Source: a virus
Taxonomy: Duplodnaviria > Caudoviricetes
Virus record (IMG/VR): IMGVR_UViG_3300046836_000468
Location: 1-61,296 of that record
Strand: one strand, 5' to 3'
Length of the DNA stretch: 61,296 nt
Positions 9,293-19,285 of the stretch are shown one piece after another. Numbering within the stretch: position 1 is the first letter of the stretch; the number at the start of each line of letters is the position of its first letter. Below the pieces are notes generated by a model. The model was not told the origin of the DNA, ran no database searches, and worked only from the letters and a program-made list of their open reading frames with translations. The position numbers and the translations under genes were made by a program.

Positions 9293-10084
9293 ATGGCTGA
9301 CTTTGCAGACTTCGTGATTGTGGACGTCGAGGCGGTGGCGATGCCACCGCCCGATCAGGCGTTGGGCGCGACCGACGGCGTCCCGCCGCTGCTCACGCTC
9401 ACGCCTGCAGGCGGCGCCATCCAGCCGCACGACGCCATCACGGTAGAGGCGACAGACAACCTGGCGCTCGCCCTCGTGACGGTCTACGCGGGCGACCGCG
9501 TCGTCTACGACGGCACGAGCTTCACGGCGGACTACCGGACGAGCACCAAGACGCTCACCGCCAGCGGCGTCAAGCTGGACGTGCGGCGCTCGCCGAGCTG
9601 GCCGGTCGGCGCGTCGTTCGTCCTCGACGCGGCGGCGCTCGACGAGGGCGGCAACCTTGCGCGCGTCACGAGCATGTTCGTGGCGCTCGACGCCTCGGCG
9701 CCCATGCTGCCTGCAGGCGGCCTGCAACAGCGCCGCCCGCGTCGCTGGATTGACGCGCAGACGCTCGACTACGTCGTCGAAGCGGGCGGGCTCAAGCAGG
9801 ACGACGGCTTCACGAGCCAGGTCGTGCTCGCGCTCGCGACGCGCCTCGGCAGCTGCCAGGTCTACCCGGCGTTCGGCTCGAGGCTGCACCAGGTCAAGCG
9901 CGCCGACGAGACCGGACGCCGTCTGTCCGAGGCGTATGCGAAGCTTGCGATCGCGCACCTGAGCATCAAGGACCTGCGCGTAGTCGCGACGCTGAGCAAG
10001 AGCGCGCCCGGCCGCATCAGCCTCTTGGTCGCCGGCAAGAAGTCCGGCCTCCCCGTCAACGTCCCCTACAACGTGGAGCTCTGA
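9293..10084 (+). CDS. Baseplate wedge protein (Mu gp46/gp25-like) with N-terminal Ig-like domain
   Basis: C-terminal LALATRLGS..PAFGSRLHQVKR motif; N-terminal ITVEATDN and AALDEGGN Ig-like motifs. Confidence 0.72.
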   Translation: MADFADFVIVDVEAVAMPPPDQALGATDGVPPLLTLTPAGGAIQPHDAITVEATDNLALALVTVYAGDRVVYDGTSFTADYRTSTKTLTASGVKLDVRRSPSWPVGASFVLDAAALDEGGNLARVTSMFVALDASAPMLPAGGLQQRRPRRWIDAQTLDYVVEAGGLKQDDGFTSQVVLALATRLGSCQVYPAFGSRLHQVKRADETGRRLSEAYAKLAIAHLSIKDLRVVATLSKSAPGRISLLVAGKKSGLPVNVPYNVEL

Positions 10085-10088
10085 CCCG

Positions 10089-11984
10089 ATGCCGCCCTAC
10101 TCGATCGACGAGCTGCTCGATGCTGCCAAGGCGGTGCTGCGCGGCAGCGTGGCGGGCGTCGGCACCGAGGAGGGCACCGACTTCGACCTGACCGTCAACG
10201 CGGCCGCGCGCCTCTTTCACGGCACGCAGGTCGCGGGCGCGCACGTGCTGGCGCAGCTCGACCCGGAGCGCGCGGACGCCGACAGGAGAGACCAGCTCGT
10301 CGGCATGCTGGGGCTGAACTTCACGCGCGCTGCGACGCCTGCGCGCGGGCTCATTGCGGTCGCGCCAGGCGGCATCCTCAACGACATCTTCACGCTCAAG
10401 GCGGGCACGGAGATCGTGTTTCCGGGCGCGCTGTTTGCGGACGGCGCCGAGCGCACCTACCGGATACTGTCGGACATCGGGCATAGCTTGCGGATCAACA
10501 GCGTGTACTTCGCGCTCGGCACGGGCATCTGGAAGCTCGTGCCGAAGGTAGGCCCGACGTCGGGCACCGGCCGGGGCTGGCTCGGCGCGCGCATGGCGCT
10601 GATTCTCACGACAGGCGACCCGGCAGCCCTCGAGAGTCAGTACGTCTTTGTTCGCTCGGTCAGCAAGGACGACCAGTCGGTCGACCTGCTCGTCGCCGTG
10701 CGCGCCGCCATCAACCTGGACACCAGCAACCGGATGATCGGCTACGTGCCCGACCTTGTGGTCGAGGCCGAGTGCACGACGCCGGGCGCGGCCGGCAATG
10801 CGCCCTACGCGGTCCATGCGTACGTCGACGAGACCGTCGGCGTTCAGGAGGGCAAGCTCGTCGCGACGCTGATCGAGATGAGCGGCGGCGGCGATGCCGT
10901 AGGCGACATCGACGTGGACAGCGCGCGCGTCTCGGCGCGCATCGAGGACACGCTCGCGATGCCGCCCGGCTACGGCAACGCGCAGCACTGGCGCGAGCTC
11001 GCGCTGTCGTGCCCCGACGTCGACCTCGACGACGTGCTGGTCTATCAGCACGTGCGGGGGCCCGGCACGATCGACCTGGTCTGCATCGGTCGCCGGGGCA
11101 GCCTGCGCGCGGATGCGTACCCGGCTGTCAACTCAAGCTTCTGCGGCTGGGGCAACAACAGCCGGCGCATCGGCGAGGCGCAGGCCGCGCGCGTCACCAA
11201 CTGGTGCAGGTCGCAGGCGAGCTACTTCGACGACATCCTGGCGCGCTCGGTCGAGTGGGACTGGCGCGGCAACAGCTACCCGTTCGAGAGCTACGCGCGC
11301 GGCTTTCGCGAGGCGACCAGCGCGCTCGAGCTGTCCATCGAGGCGCAGCCGGGCTTCGGCCCAGACTGCGGCAAGGCGCTCGACGTGACGCCCCACGCGC
11401 GCCACCAGACGCGCCTCTACGCCGCCGTGCTCGACACGCAGGTCGACCCGAGCCTGCGCGTCGGGCAGCGCGTCTGGGCGACCGTGGGGCACCTCGGCGC
11501 GGACGGGCGGCACGCGTTCGCGACCGTCGTCACGCCCATCGTGAACATCGCGGGCGACCGGACCTACGTCGAGATCGCGGACGTGACGGTGCTCGGACCG
11601 GGCGGCGAGTTTGTGCTGCACGTGCTGCGCTGGGGGTCGGCCGGTCCGCTGACGCAGGCGTGCGTCGATGCGGTGTTTGCGTACTACGACGCGCTCGGGC
11701 CGGGCAGCTACCTCGAGCCGCCGCACAGCGCCAACTACGTCGCGCACTACTCGAGCGACATCGCCCCGATCGAGACCGGGCAGGCGGTCACGCGCTGGCC
11801 GCCCGAGGGCAGGCGCTGGGCGTCGAGCCTGCGCGCGAGCGAGCTGCGCGCCGAGCTGCTGCGCATCGAGGGCGTGAGCGACGTGCAGCTCTACCCGGTC
11901 GGCGACCCGGGCGGGCTCGTCGACTTCGACCCGGTCGTGTTTTGCACGCTGGCCCTAACCGGCGTCGTGCCGAGGAGCGCTTAG
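10089..11984 (+). CDS. Baseplate J-like protein (Mu gp47-like), copy 1
   Basis: QLDPERAD, VEAECTTPGAAGN, GNAQHWRELAL and RGPGTIDL motifs of gpJ/gp47. Confidence 0.82.
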   Translation: MPPYSIDELLDAAKAVLRGSVAGVGTEEGTDFDLTVNAAARLFHGTQVAGAHVLAQLDPERADADRRDQLVGMLGLNFTRAATPARGLIAVAPGGILNDIFTLKAGTEIVFPGALFADGAERTYRILSDIGHSLRINSVYFALGTGIWKLVPKVGPTSGTGRGWLGARMALILTTGDPAALESQYVFVRSVSKDDQSVDLLVAVRAAINLDTSNRMIGYVPDLVVEAECTTPGAAGNAPYAVHAYVDETVGVQEGKLVATLIEMSGGGDAVGDIDVDSARVSARIEDTLAMPPGYGNAQHWRELALSCPDVDLDDVLVYQHVRGPGTIDLVCIGRRGSLRADAYPAVNSSFCGWGNNSRRIGEAQAARVTNWCRSQASYFDDILARSVEWDWRGNSYPFESYARGFREATSALELSIEAQPGFGPDCGKALDVTPHARHQTRLYAAVLDTQVDPSLRVGQRVWATVGHLGADGRHAFATVVTPIVNIAGDRTYVEIADVTVLGPGGEFVLHVLRWGSAGPLTQACVDAVFAYYDALGPGSYLEPPHSANYVAHYSSDIAPIETGQAVTRWPPEGRRWASSLRASELRAELLRIEGVSDVQLYPVGDPGGLVDFDPVVFCTLALTGVVPRSA

Positions 11985-11987
11985 CCC

Positions 11988-13601
11988 ATGGCAATCGAGT
12001 TTCCAGCGTACGACCGCGGCGAGCTCGAGCAGCGCGGGCGCGACCTCATCAGGACGCGCCGGCGCGGCGCCGACGTCTCGGACAAGAGCGATTTTGACAT
12101 TACTGCGCGCCTGCTCGCGGCGCTTGCCTGGGGCATGCAGGAGCAGGGGCGCGTCGCGCGTAACCTGCTTGACCCGCGCCGCGCGTTCGGCCCCTACCTG
12201 GCCGAGTTCATGGCCGAGCGCGGGCTCGGGCGTGACCTCACCGAGACGACGACGACCGCCGTCAAGAGCACGGGCCGCGTCATCCTGCGCTCGACGACGG
12301 CAAGCCAGACGCAGCCGGCCGGCTCGGTGCTCAGGCACGCGGACGGCACGACGTACACGCTCGACGCGGCCGTCACGACGCCCGCAGCGGCTACGAAAGT
12401 GCTGCGCTCGGGGCAGCGCAGCGGGCGACGCAGGCTCTACCAGGGGCACCTCGGCGCGGGCTTTGTCGCAGCGGCGGTCGGCGAGGTGTACCTGAGCGCA
12501 GGCGGCGAGCTGTGCGCGCTGCTCGACGTCGAGAACGGCGTCGCGCTCAAGCGCTGGCTGTTTGACCTCTACAACGAGCTCGACGCGCTGCCGGCGATGC
12601 ACACGACGTTCACGCAGCAGCTCGGCGCGGTCGGCTCCATCACGGCGCAGGTTGCCGGCCAGCGCGGCAACAAGGACCCGAAGGACGTGCTGACGCTCGT
12701 GTCGCCCGCAGGCACGATGCTCGCCGAGGCCAGCATCCTGCGCCTGTCGGGGGGCCTTGACGCGATGGACTCAGCGTCGCAGCAGGGCGCGCTGACGGCG
12801 CTCTACGGCGCGCGCACGGGGGTCGGCACGCTCGAGGACATCCGGCGCATCGCGCTGAGCTACCCGCGCCTATCGCTGCGCGAGTGCTACGTCGTGCCCG
12901 CGACGAGCGGCCTTGGCACGTACACGATCCTTCCGGTGCTGGTCGAGGGGCAGTACGTCGGCGCGGCGCAGCTCGGCGACCTGCTCTCGTACGTCTCGGC
13001 GCGGCTGTCGCCGGTCGACAAGGTCTCGGGCGCGCTCGTGTACGAGGTGCTCGACACGTCCATCGACTACCTGAACATCGCGTGCGCGGAGATCTACGCG
13101 CCCGACTGGAGGCTGCCCGACCAGGGCGCGCGCGGCGTGACGGTGACGACGACTGGCTCGAGCTCGCTCGCGCTCAGCGCCGTGTCGGACCTCGCGGTCG
13201 GCGACCGCATCATCGTGCACGCCGCGACCTCGGCCGGCGCGTACATCTGCCAGCGGCGCGTGAGCTCGCTCGTGGGGCTGAGCGTGGGGCTCGAGACGCC
13301 CCTGCCCTTTCCGCCTGCGCTCGGCGCGTACGTGACGCCGGGCGGGCCGCTCGCCGATGCCATCATCGAGGCCGCGTCGAGCGCGTACGAGCTGCGCGCG
13401 CCGAGCGTGAGCGACACGGGGCCGCAGGTGCGGCTGCCCGCGAGCATCGTCTCGAGCGACCCGGACGCCATCGCGGCAGCCGTCTCGCGCGTGCCGGGCG
13501 TCGTCGACGTCGCGCGCATGCCAGGCCCCGTGCCGGCGCTCGTGCAGGCAGGCGGCGTGCTCGTGCCCAGCTTCATCATCCGCATGTACACGGAGGTCTG
13601 A
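11988..13601 (+). CDS. Baseplate J-like protein (Mu gp47-like), copy 2
   Basis: SDFDITAR, LDPRRA, ITAQVAGQRGN, GTLEDIRRIAL and GLGTYTI motifs; paralogous to the upstream gene. Confidence 0.78.
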   Translation: MAIEFPAYDRGELEQRGRDLIRTRRRGADVSDKSDFDITARLLAALAWGMQEQGRVARNLLDPRRAFGPYLAEFMAERGLGRDLTETTTTAVKSTGRVILRSTTASQTQPAGSVLRHADGTTYTLDAAVTTPAAATKVLRSGQRSGRRRLYQGHLGAGFVAAAVGEVYLSAGGELCALLDVENGVALKRWLFDLYNELDALPAMHTTFTQQLGAVGSITAQVAGQRGNKDPKDVLTLVSPAGTMLAEASILRLSGGLDAMDSASQQGALTALYGARTGVGTLEDIRRIALSYPRLSLRECYVVPATSGLGTYTILPVLVEGQYVGAAQLGDLLSYVSARLSPVDKVSGALVYEVLDTSIDYLNIACAEIYAPDWRLPDQGARGVTVTTTGSSSLALSAVSDLAVGDRIIVHAATSAGAYICQRRVSSLVGLSVGLETPLPFPPALGAYVTPGGPLADAIIEAASSAYELRAPSVSDTGPQVRLPASIVSSDPDAIAAAVSRVPGVVDVARMPGPVPALVQAGGVLVPSFIIRMYTEV

Positions 13602-13603
13602 GC

Positions 13604-16000
13604 ATGGACCTGGGAACACTCGACGCGCAGGGGTACTTCGAGCTGCTGCAGCGGCTCGAGGGCAGCGGGTATGCGAAGGACGAAGACGGCGTGCGCGCGA
13701 GCGAGCTGCGTGCGTGGGCCGAGATTGCGGCGCGCGCGACCGAGGCGCTCAACGACGCCACCAACAACCTGTTCTTGCAGTCGGCGACCACGACGCTCGA
13801 CCTGATGGAGCGGACCTTGTTCTTGCTGCAGGGCTCGAGCCTGCCGGTGGCGCAGCGGCGGGCGCGCCTCCTCGCGTACAAGCGCGCCTCGCCGCTCAAC
13901 GAGGTGCGCATGCGCGCGTCGTTCGGCACGCACCTGGCGTCGTTCACGGGCGTGACACAGCGCCCGAGCAATCCGCAGGCGGTGCCGCACGGCGCAGCGC
14001 CTGCGACGGGGCTGCTCGTCGGCTCGCTCGAGCCGCTGGCGATGCAGCCCCAGCAGCAGCAGGACCTGTCGCTCGTGCTCGGGCGGGGGCTGCCTGCGCG
14101 CGCCATCTCGGGTGGCGTGGCGCAGCGCGACGCGGTCTGGGGCGACGCGCTCTTGCCCGCTGCCATCAAGCTCGTGCCGGCCGTGACGGTGCCGACGCAG
14201 ACCAAGCATCGCAGCGCGCCGCTCGAGTTTCTGCCCGGGCAGCGGGTCACGCGCGAGGACTGGCTCGAGCTGCAGAGCATGCTCTGCCACAAGAGCTACG
14301 GCTTCACGCTCGACCAGCACAAGCAGGGCCGCACGTTCATGTGCTTCATCCCGGCGCTCGGAGCCGGCGCGGCGTACGAGTTTCCCGAGCGGGCGATCGG
14401 AATGCAGAACCGCTTTGTGCAGGCGTGCGGGCTGGTCAGCAACGCCATGCTGAGCGACCCGACGCTGGCTGCTGACGCAGAGCGCGTCTGGCTGCCGACG
14501 AGCAAGCTCGGGCCGGCAGGCGGCGGCTACAGTCCTGCGCTGCTGACCGTCGAGCAGCCGCCCGTGGTGACGGGCATCGTGCTGCGTGTGAACGCGAGCG
14601 GCGGGCTCGAGGTCGCCAACACGGGCGGCGCTGCCAAGGCCGTCGTGCTGATGGTGCGCGTCACGGCGGCCTACGTGCCCGGCTCGGGGATAAGCACGCA
14701 GCCGTGGATCGACGCAGTGCAGCCGAGAAGCGCGGACGTGAGCGAGCTGTACCTCGCGCAGGTCATCGCGGACCTCGACCCGGGCGAGTTCGACGACGCG
14801 CCTGCAGGCGCGCTGCGCCGCGTCGTGTCGAGCGGGCCGCTCTTTCACGCAGCCGGCTACGTCGTGCCGCAGTGCGTCGTGCTCGACACGTCCGAGGACT
14901 GGCGCAACCGCTATGTGCAAGTGGCGTCGACCGGGCACTACGACGCGCTTGCTGCCGACTTTCCGGCGCCGAGCATCTGGGGGCAGATTGCCGGCGAGTC
15001 GCAGGCTGCGTTCGCGCCGCGTCTGTTTTACACCGGGCCGGGCAGCGCCTCGGGGTCGGGCGTGCAGGAGCCCTTTCAGCAGCCGCTGACGCACGCGCTG
15101 AAGAACACGGGCAGCGGCAACGGCAAGGCCCCGTCTGACATCTGGCTATTTGCGCGCGACACGGACGGCGCGCTGATGTGCGAGATGAAGCAAGGGGTCA
15201 GCGCCAACCAGGCCGCGTCGATGCTTGCGCTCGTGACCGCGACCGAGCGCAAGGAGACCGGCATCAGCGTGGTCACGCGCGTGCCGGTGCACGCGACGCA
15301 GGTGCAGACCATCGACCTCGAGCAGCCCCAGAACTGCGGCGTGTACGCGCAAGGCCAGCAGGGCAACGTGCCGCGCTACCGACTGGCAGACCCAGCGCCG
15401 CGCGCGCTGCCGACGTGCCCGCCGCTCGGCGTCATCGCGGACGGGGCCTCGCCCGTGCGCCCGGTGCGCTGGCTGGTGCGCGAGCGCCTGGGCGCGGCAG
15501 ACGACGGCCTCTACGAGGTGCGGCAGAAGCTGCTCGGGCAGCGGCGGCGGCTCACGTCGCTCTGGTGCCTGGCGGGCACGACGACGCCGCTTGACGACTT
15601 CAACATGCCGGCGCAGCTCGCGGCGGGCGCCATCGACCAGGCGGACTATCGCGACCGCTTCGTGTGGGTCGAGGGCCGGCTCAGCGCGAGCAACATCACC
15701 GTCGCGGCGACGACGCAGATCAGCGACGCGGCGGCGACGCCGTTTCTGGCGCTGCTCTACACGGGGCCGAGCACCATCGAGAGCGAGCTCGCGCTGACCT
15801 CGCAGGGGACCTACAGCGTGCTCATCGCGCCGCAGGTCTGGCTGCAGTTCGAGTTCACGCGCGGCAAGCCTGGCCAGGGCTTCCACTCGCGGCTCGTCGT
15901 GCAGAACAAGTCCGCCGCCGACGTCTATGTCAACTGCAGCATCGAGGCGTCCGGGTTCTTGGGCCTGACCGATCGGCGCGCCGCGGGGCAGCCCGTCTAA
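13604..16000 (+). CDS. Baseplate protein with Mu gp48/YmfQ-like N-terminus and long C-terminal extension
   Basis: GGAGG RBS, ATG at 13604; ATTTLDLMERTL..LPVAQRRARLLA motif; internal WRNRYV/YRDRFV-type repeats. Confidence 0.65.
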   Translation: MDLGTLDAQGYFELLQRLEGSGYAKDEDGVRASELRAWAEIAARATEALNDATNNLFLQSATTTLDLMERTLFLLQGSSLPVAQRRARLLAYKRASPLNEVRMRASFGTHLASFTGVTQRPSNPQAVPHGAAPATGLLVGSLEPLAMQPQQQQDLSLVLGRGLPARAISGGVAQRDAVWGDALLPAAIKLVPAVTVPTQTKHRSAPLEFLPGQRVTREDWLELQSMLCHKSYGFTLDQHKQGRTFMCFIPALGAGAAYEFPERAIGMQNRFVQACGLVSNAMLSDPTLAADAERVWLPTSKLGPAGGGYSPALLTVEQPPVVTGIVLRVNASGGLEVANTGGAAKAVVLMVRVTAAYVPGSGISTQPWIDAVQPRSADVSELYLAQVIADLDPGEFDDAPAGALRRVVSSGPLFHAAGYVVPQCVVLDTSEDWRNRYVQVASTGHYDALAADFPAPSIWGQIAGESQAAFAPRLFYTGPGSASGSGVQEPFQQPLTHALKNTGSGNGKAPSDIWLFARDTDGALMCEMKQGVSANQAASMLALVTATERKETGISVVTRVPVHATQVQTIDLEQPQNCGVYAQGQQGNVPRYRLADPAPRALPTCPPLGVIADGASPVRPVRWLVRERLGAADDGLYEVRQKLLGQRRRLTSLWCLAGTTTPLDDFNMPAQLAAGAIDQADYRDRFVWVEGRLSASNITVAATTQISDAAATPFLALLYTGPSTIESELALTSQGTYSVLIAPQVWLQFEFTRGKPGQGFHSRLVVQNKSAADVYVNCSIEASGFLGLTDRRAAGQPV

Positions 16001-16006
16001 GCCGCG

Positions 16007-16034
16007 AGGTCGCACGCCCGGCGCCCTTGTTATA
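16007..16034 (+). promoter_or_regulatory. Candidate late promoter motif AGGTCGCACGC...TTGTTAT
   Basis: The same two boxes recur at 56297-56332 upstream of the scaffold gene, with different spacing (9 vs 18 nt). Confidence 0.35.
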
Positions 16035-16080
16035 GGCGCGCTGCGTCTTGTGGGCATGCTGCTCGGCGAAGGAGCGGCCC

Positions 16081-16491
16081 ATGACCACGACTGCGCAGCG
16101 GCGCCAGGACTCGTACGGCCCGGACCAAGCGCCCTACGCTGCAGCGTGCATGCGCGGCGCCGTGCGCGGCGAGCTGTATCCCATCACCGTCGCGACAGGC
16201 AGCAAGACCTTCGTCGTGCCCGCCGAGTGGAAGGGCGCGTTCGTGCGCATCCAGGCCGAGGGCGGCGACGTGTTCTACGCCATCAGCTTCGACGCGACGC
16301 TGGCCGTCGTCGACAAGGCCGCGCTCGCGACCGTGGCGGGCGACCCGGCCGTGCTCACGCCTGCTGTCAACGGTGCTGGCCGCATCGCCAAGGACCAGTG
16401 GCAGGACATTCCGTTCCCGCCGAACGCGACGACGTTTGCGCTCGCGGGCAGCGTGGCCGGCGTCGCGCGCTGTCACCTCGCGGAGAGCTGA
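16081..16491 (+). CDS. Small beta-rich virion / tail-associated protein
   Basis: AAGGAG RBS before ATG at 16081; lies in the tail operon. Confidence 0.6.
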   Translation: MTTTAQRRQDSYGPDQAPYAAACMRGAVRGELYPITVATGSKTFVVPAEWKGAFVRIQAEGGDVFYAISFDATLAVVDKAALATVAGDPAVLTPAVNGAGRIAKDQWQDIPFPPNATTFALAGSVAGVARCHLAES

Positions 16492-16494
16492 CCC

Positions 16495-18774
16495 GTGAGC
16501 ATGCAGCGCACTCGCACGCGCGCGCGCTTCCGGCGCATCCCGGAGCTCGCGCGGCGCACGCCTGGTGGACGCAGCGGCGGCACGGGCGGCGGCGGCGGGT
16601 CGAGCGGCAGCAGCGGCGACGTGGGGATGGTCGGTCTGAGCAACTTCTCGGCGGCCAACTTCATGATGACTGCGGCGGGGGGTGGCGAGGCGGGGGTGGC
16701 GAGTGGGTTTCTTGTGGCTGCGCTGGTTCGTCTGCTAGCGATTCCGGGCTCGCTTCCCCATGTCATTACTGCGCGAACGGGGCCAGGAATCGCTTCTGGC
16801 AACTACCTGCGGTTTGACGGCAACGGGAAGTTTACCTCTCTGTTTGCGATCGATGGCGTCACCAAAGGGCCGTCCGGCCCGCAACTCCTCACGAGCGACA
16901 TTGGCCGCATTCATTTGGTTCTGGCGTACCTCGACGCCGCGAGCGCTGGTCTGTGGGTTGATCGCGTAAAAGCCACGCCTATCCCCGTCAATCCGGCAAC
17001 GTATTTGCCCGCGTCTGCTGGAAGCAAACAGACTGTTGGAACGTGGGAGCATGACCTGTCCCAATGCGCTACGGCAGTCTCGATCCTCGACGTCGCGGCC
17101 TATCGTGGCTTGCCGAGCGATGCGCAGGTGCTGGCGTTCTTCGATGCTGCGCGCTCGCTAGGCGGCCTGCCCGACTCGCTAGGCAGCGCAGGGGCGCACC
17201 GCTGGTCTGCACGCGACGAGCTACGCGGCACCGTCGTCGTCGACGGGCAGACTGCACCGGCGCAGCTGACCGACACGGTCACGCGCGCGCCTGTCGATGC
17301 GCTTGTGCGGCAGGGGTCACCTGTGGTGCGGGTGATTGACCAGTCTGCAGACGGGCGGCGGTTGTTGGGGGCGATGGGGTTTAGCGCCAGCAACTATCTG
17401 CAAGCGCCACCAGGCAAGGGCATCATCGGTGCGCCCAACGCGCTGACAGTGCAGGCGCTTGTCATTCCGCCAGCGACGGGCGGCAGTGGCTACGCCGTCG
17501 CCACGCTGACGACGGGCCTTACTGGTTACCAGCTACAGGTCACGCCTACGTCCATCACGTTCTCGATTGCCGATGCCGCAGGCGCTGCAAGTACGATTGT
17601 CTACACGGTCGACAACCAGCGGTCATTCTTGGCAACGGGGACGTGGGACGGCACGAACATCCGGATCTACAAGGACGACGTGTTGGGCGGTACGCAAGCG
17701 GTTGCCGGGTTTACGCCCGGCACCACAGCAATGCGTATCGGAGACAGGCCGCACCCTACGGGTTCGCCGTTTGCTGGCGGCGTGTGTGGCGCGCAGGGCG
17801 GCGACTTCGTCGCCTCACTCGCGGACATTCAAGCGAGCTATTCAGCGTGGGTCAAGACGGGCAAGCCCGGTGCACTACCGGGGGCACAGCACTACTACGA
17901 CTTGACCACCGACATCCTCGCCAGCGGCGTCGACGCAGTGCCGGCTGTCGTGCAGGACCGCGTGGGCACGGACCACCTGACGCGCGTCGGCGGCGTGTCG
18001 TGGGCAGGCGGCCTCACCCTCGCCCAGCGCACCGAGCGGCTGTGGAGCTACGAGACGAGTCCGATCTGGTACGCCGTCAACGCGTTCACCGACGCGGACA
18101 GCTACACCTCCACGGACGGCGTCACAGGCAACGCGGCGGGCTGCTGGTTTGGCGTGCCGTTCGTGGTCGAGTCGCAGGTTGTCGCCTCGCAGACGCGCAC
18201 GCTCATCGGCAAGGGCGCTGCCGGCCGGGGCTGGTCGCTGAGCTCGGCCGGCACCAACAGCTCCCTCGGCAGCGTGCTCTTCAGTGGCGTCGGCGCGCCC
18301 ACTAACGGACCCGTCATCGTCGTGGCTGCAGCAGACGTCGGCAAGCTGATGCTGCTCATCGTGAGCTGGGACGGCGCCGGCAAGATTCACGCGTACGTCA
18401 AGCGCACGGAGTCGGGCACCGGCGCCACGATGACAGGCTTCACGCCGGCCGCTCCGGGCGACCCGTTCACGCTGGGGCGCCATCCGTTCAACGCTGCGCA
18501 GAACGCGTCCGGCATTCGCATTCTCGGATGCATGGGCGGCACGGGCGTGCCGAGCCTTGCTGAGGTGCAAGCCGCGCACGATGCGTTTTTGGCGATCGAG
18601 GACCTGGTCGAGATACCCGGCAAGACCGACTACCTCATCTCGATCAAGCAAGACGCCATCGCTGCAGGCGGCGCGCTGCCGACCACGCTCGTCAATCGCA
18701 AGGGAGCAGGCGGCCTGAGTAAGGTCGGCGCCCCGCAGCTCGCACCCATCTACGCACGCGCCGCCGCGTGGTGA
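16495..18774 (+). CDS. Tail fibre / adhesin with three tandem ConA/LamG-like domains
   Basis: Motifs TGTWDGTNIRIYKDD and VSWDGAGKIHAYVK; three repeated modules; Gly-rich linker. Confidence 0.7.
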   Translation: MSMQRTRTRARFRRIPELARRTPGGRSGGTGGGGGSSGSSGDVGMVGLSNFSAANFMMTAAGGGEAGVASGFLVAALVRLLAIPGSLPHVITARTGPGIASGNYLRFDGNGKFTSLFAIDGVTKGPSGPQLLTSDIGRIHLVLAYLDAASAGLWVDRVKATPIPVNPATYLPASAGSKQTVGTWEHDLSQCATAVSILDVAAYRGLPSDAQVLAFFDAARSLGGLPDSLGSAGAHRWSARDELRGTVVVDGQTAPAQLTDTVTRAPVDALVRQGSPVVRVIDQSADGRRLLGAMGFSASNYLQAPPGKGIIGAPNALTVQALVIPPATGGSGYAVATLTTGLTGYQLQVTPTSITFSIADAAGAASTIVYTVDNQRSFLATGTWDGTNIRIYKDDVLGGTQAVAGFTPGTTAMRIGDRPHPTGSPFAGGVCGAQGGDFVASLADIQASYSAWVKTGKPGALPGAQHYYDLTTDILASGVDAVPAVVQDRVGTDHLTRVGGVSWAGGLTLAQRTERLWSYETSPIWYAVNAFTDADSYTSTDGVTGNAAGCWFGVPFVVESQVVASQTRTLIGKGAAGRGWSLSSAGTNSSLGSVLFSGVGAPTNGPVIVVAAADVGKLMLLIVSWDGAGKIHAYVKRTESGTGATMTGFTPAAPGDPFTLGRHPFNAAQNASGIRILGCMGGTGVPSLAEVQAAHDAFLAIEDLVEIPGKTDYLISIKQDAIAAGGALPTTLVNRKGAGGLSKVGAPQLAPIYARAAAW

Positions 18775-18787
18775 CCGGAGGCTCGCG

Positions 18788-19285
18788 ATGGAACGGATTG
18801 TCCTGACGCCCGAAGAGCAGACCACCGTCGACGCGTTCAAGGAGCGCTACCCGTACCTCGATCCTGACGGACTCATCTACGAGGGCAGCAACCTGGTCGT
18901 CGACGACAACCTGCGCGTCGACGACCAGTGGGACTGCTGGGTGCTCGGCGGCGAGGGCGGCCTCGTCTGGAGCTACGTGCCGGCCTGGGCGCTGACCCTG
19001 CCCATCGACCTCGTGCCGTACGTGACCGACCGCATCGGGCCTGCCGGCGAGACGATGCCTATCTTCGACCCGCTCGAGGCCACGCCGCACGACAGCGAGT
19101 GCGAGCCGCTCATCACTGCGCTGCTCGCCCAGCGCGCGCCGCGCCGTCCGTTCGCCGAGGCGCTGCGCGACGCTGTGCGGCGCCTGCCCGAGCACGAGCA
19201 AAGGCACTGCCTCAAGGTCCTCGCCAAGCTGCTCGAGCGGCCCAGGCCCCATCGCTACCCACACCCACGAGGCCCGTGCGAATGA
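18788..19285 (+). CDS. Hypothetical protein
   Basis: GGAGG RBS, typical codon usage, overlaps the next start. Confidence 0.65.
   Translation: MERIVLTPEEQTTVDAFKERYPYLDPDGLIYEGSNLVVDDNLRVDDQWDCWVLGGEGGLVWSYVPAWALTLPIDLVPYVTDRIGPAGETMPIFDPLEATPHDSECEPLITALLAQRAPRRPFAEALRDAVRRLPEHEQRHCLKVLAKLLERPRPHRYPHPRGPCE

Noticed and set aside
230-18840. Many long antisense and alternate-frame ORFs over the tail genes (e.g. 230-1768 -, 13094-15094 -, and the 5' extension 12884-13603 +)
   Set aside because: They are shadow ORFs expected at high GC, Arg/Ala-rich and without motifs, overlapping well-supported genes.
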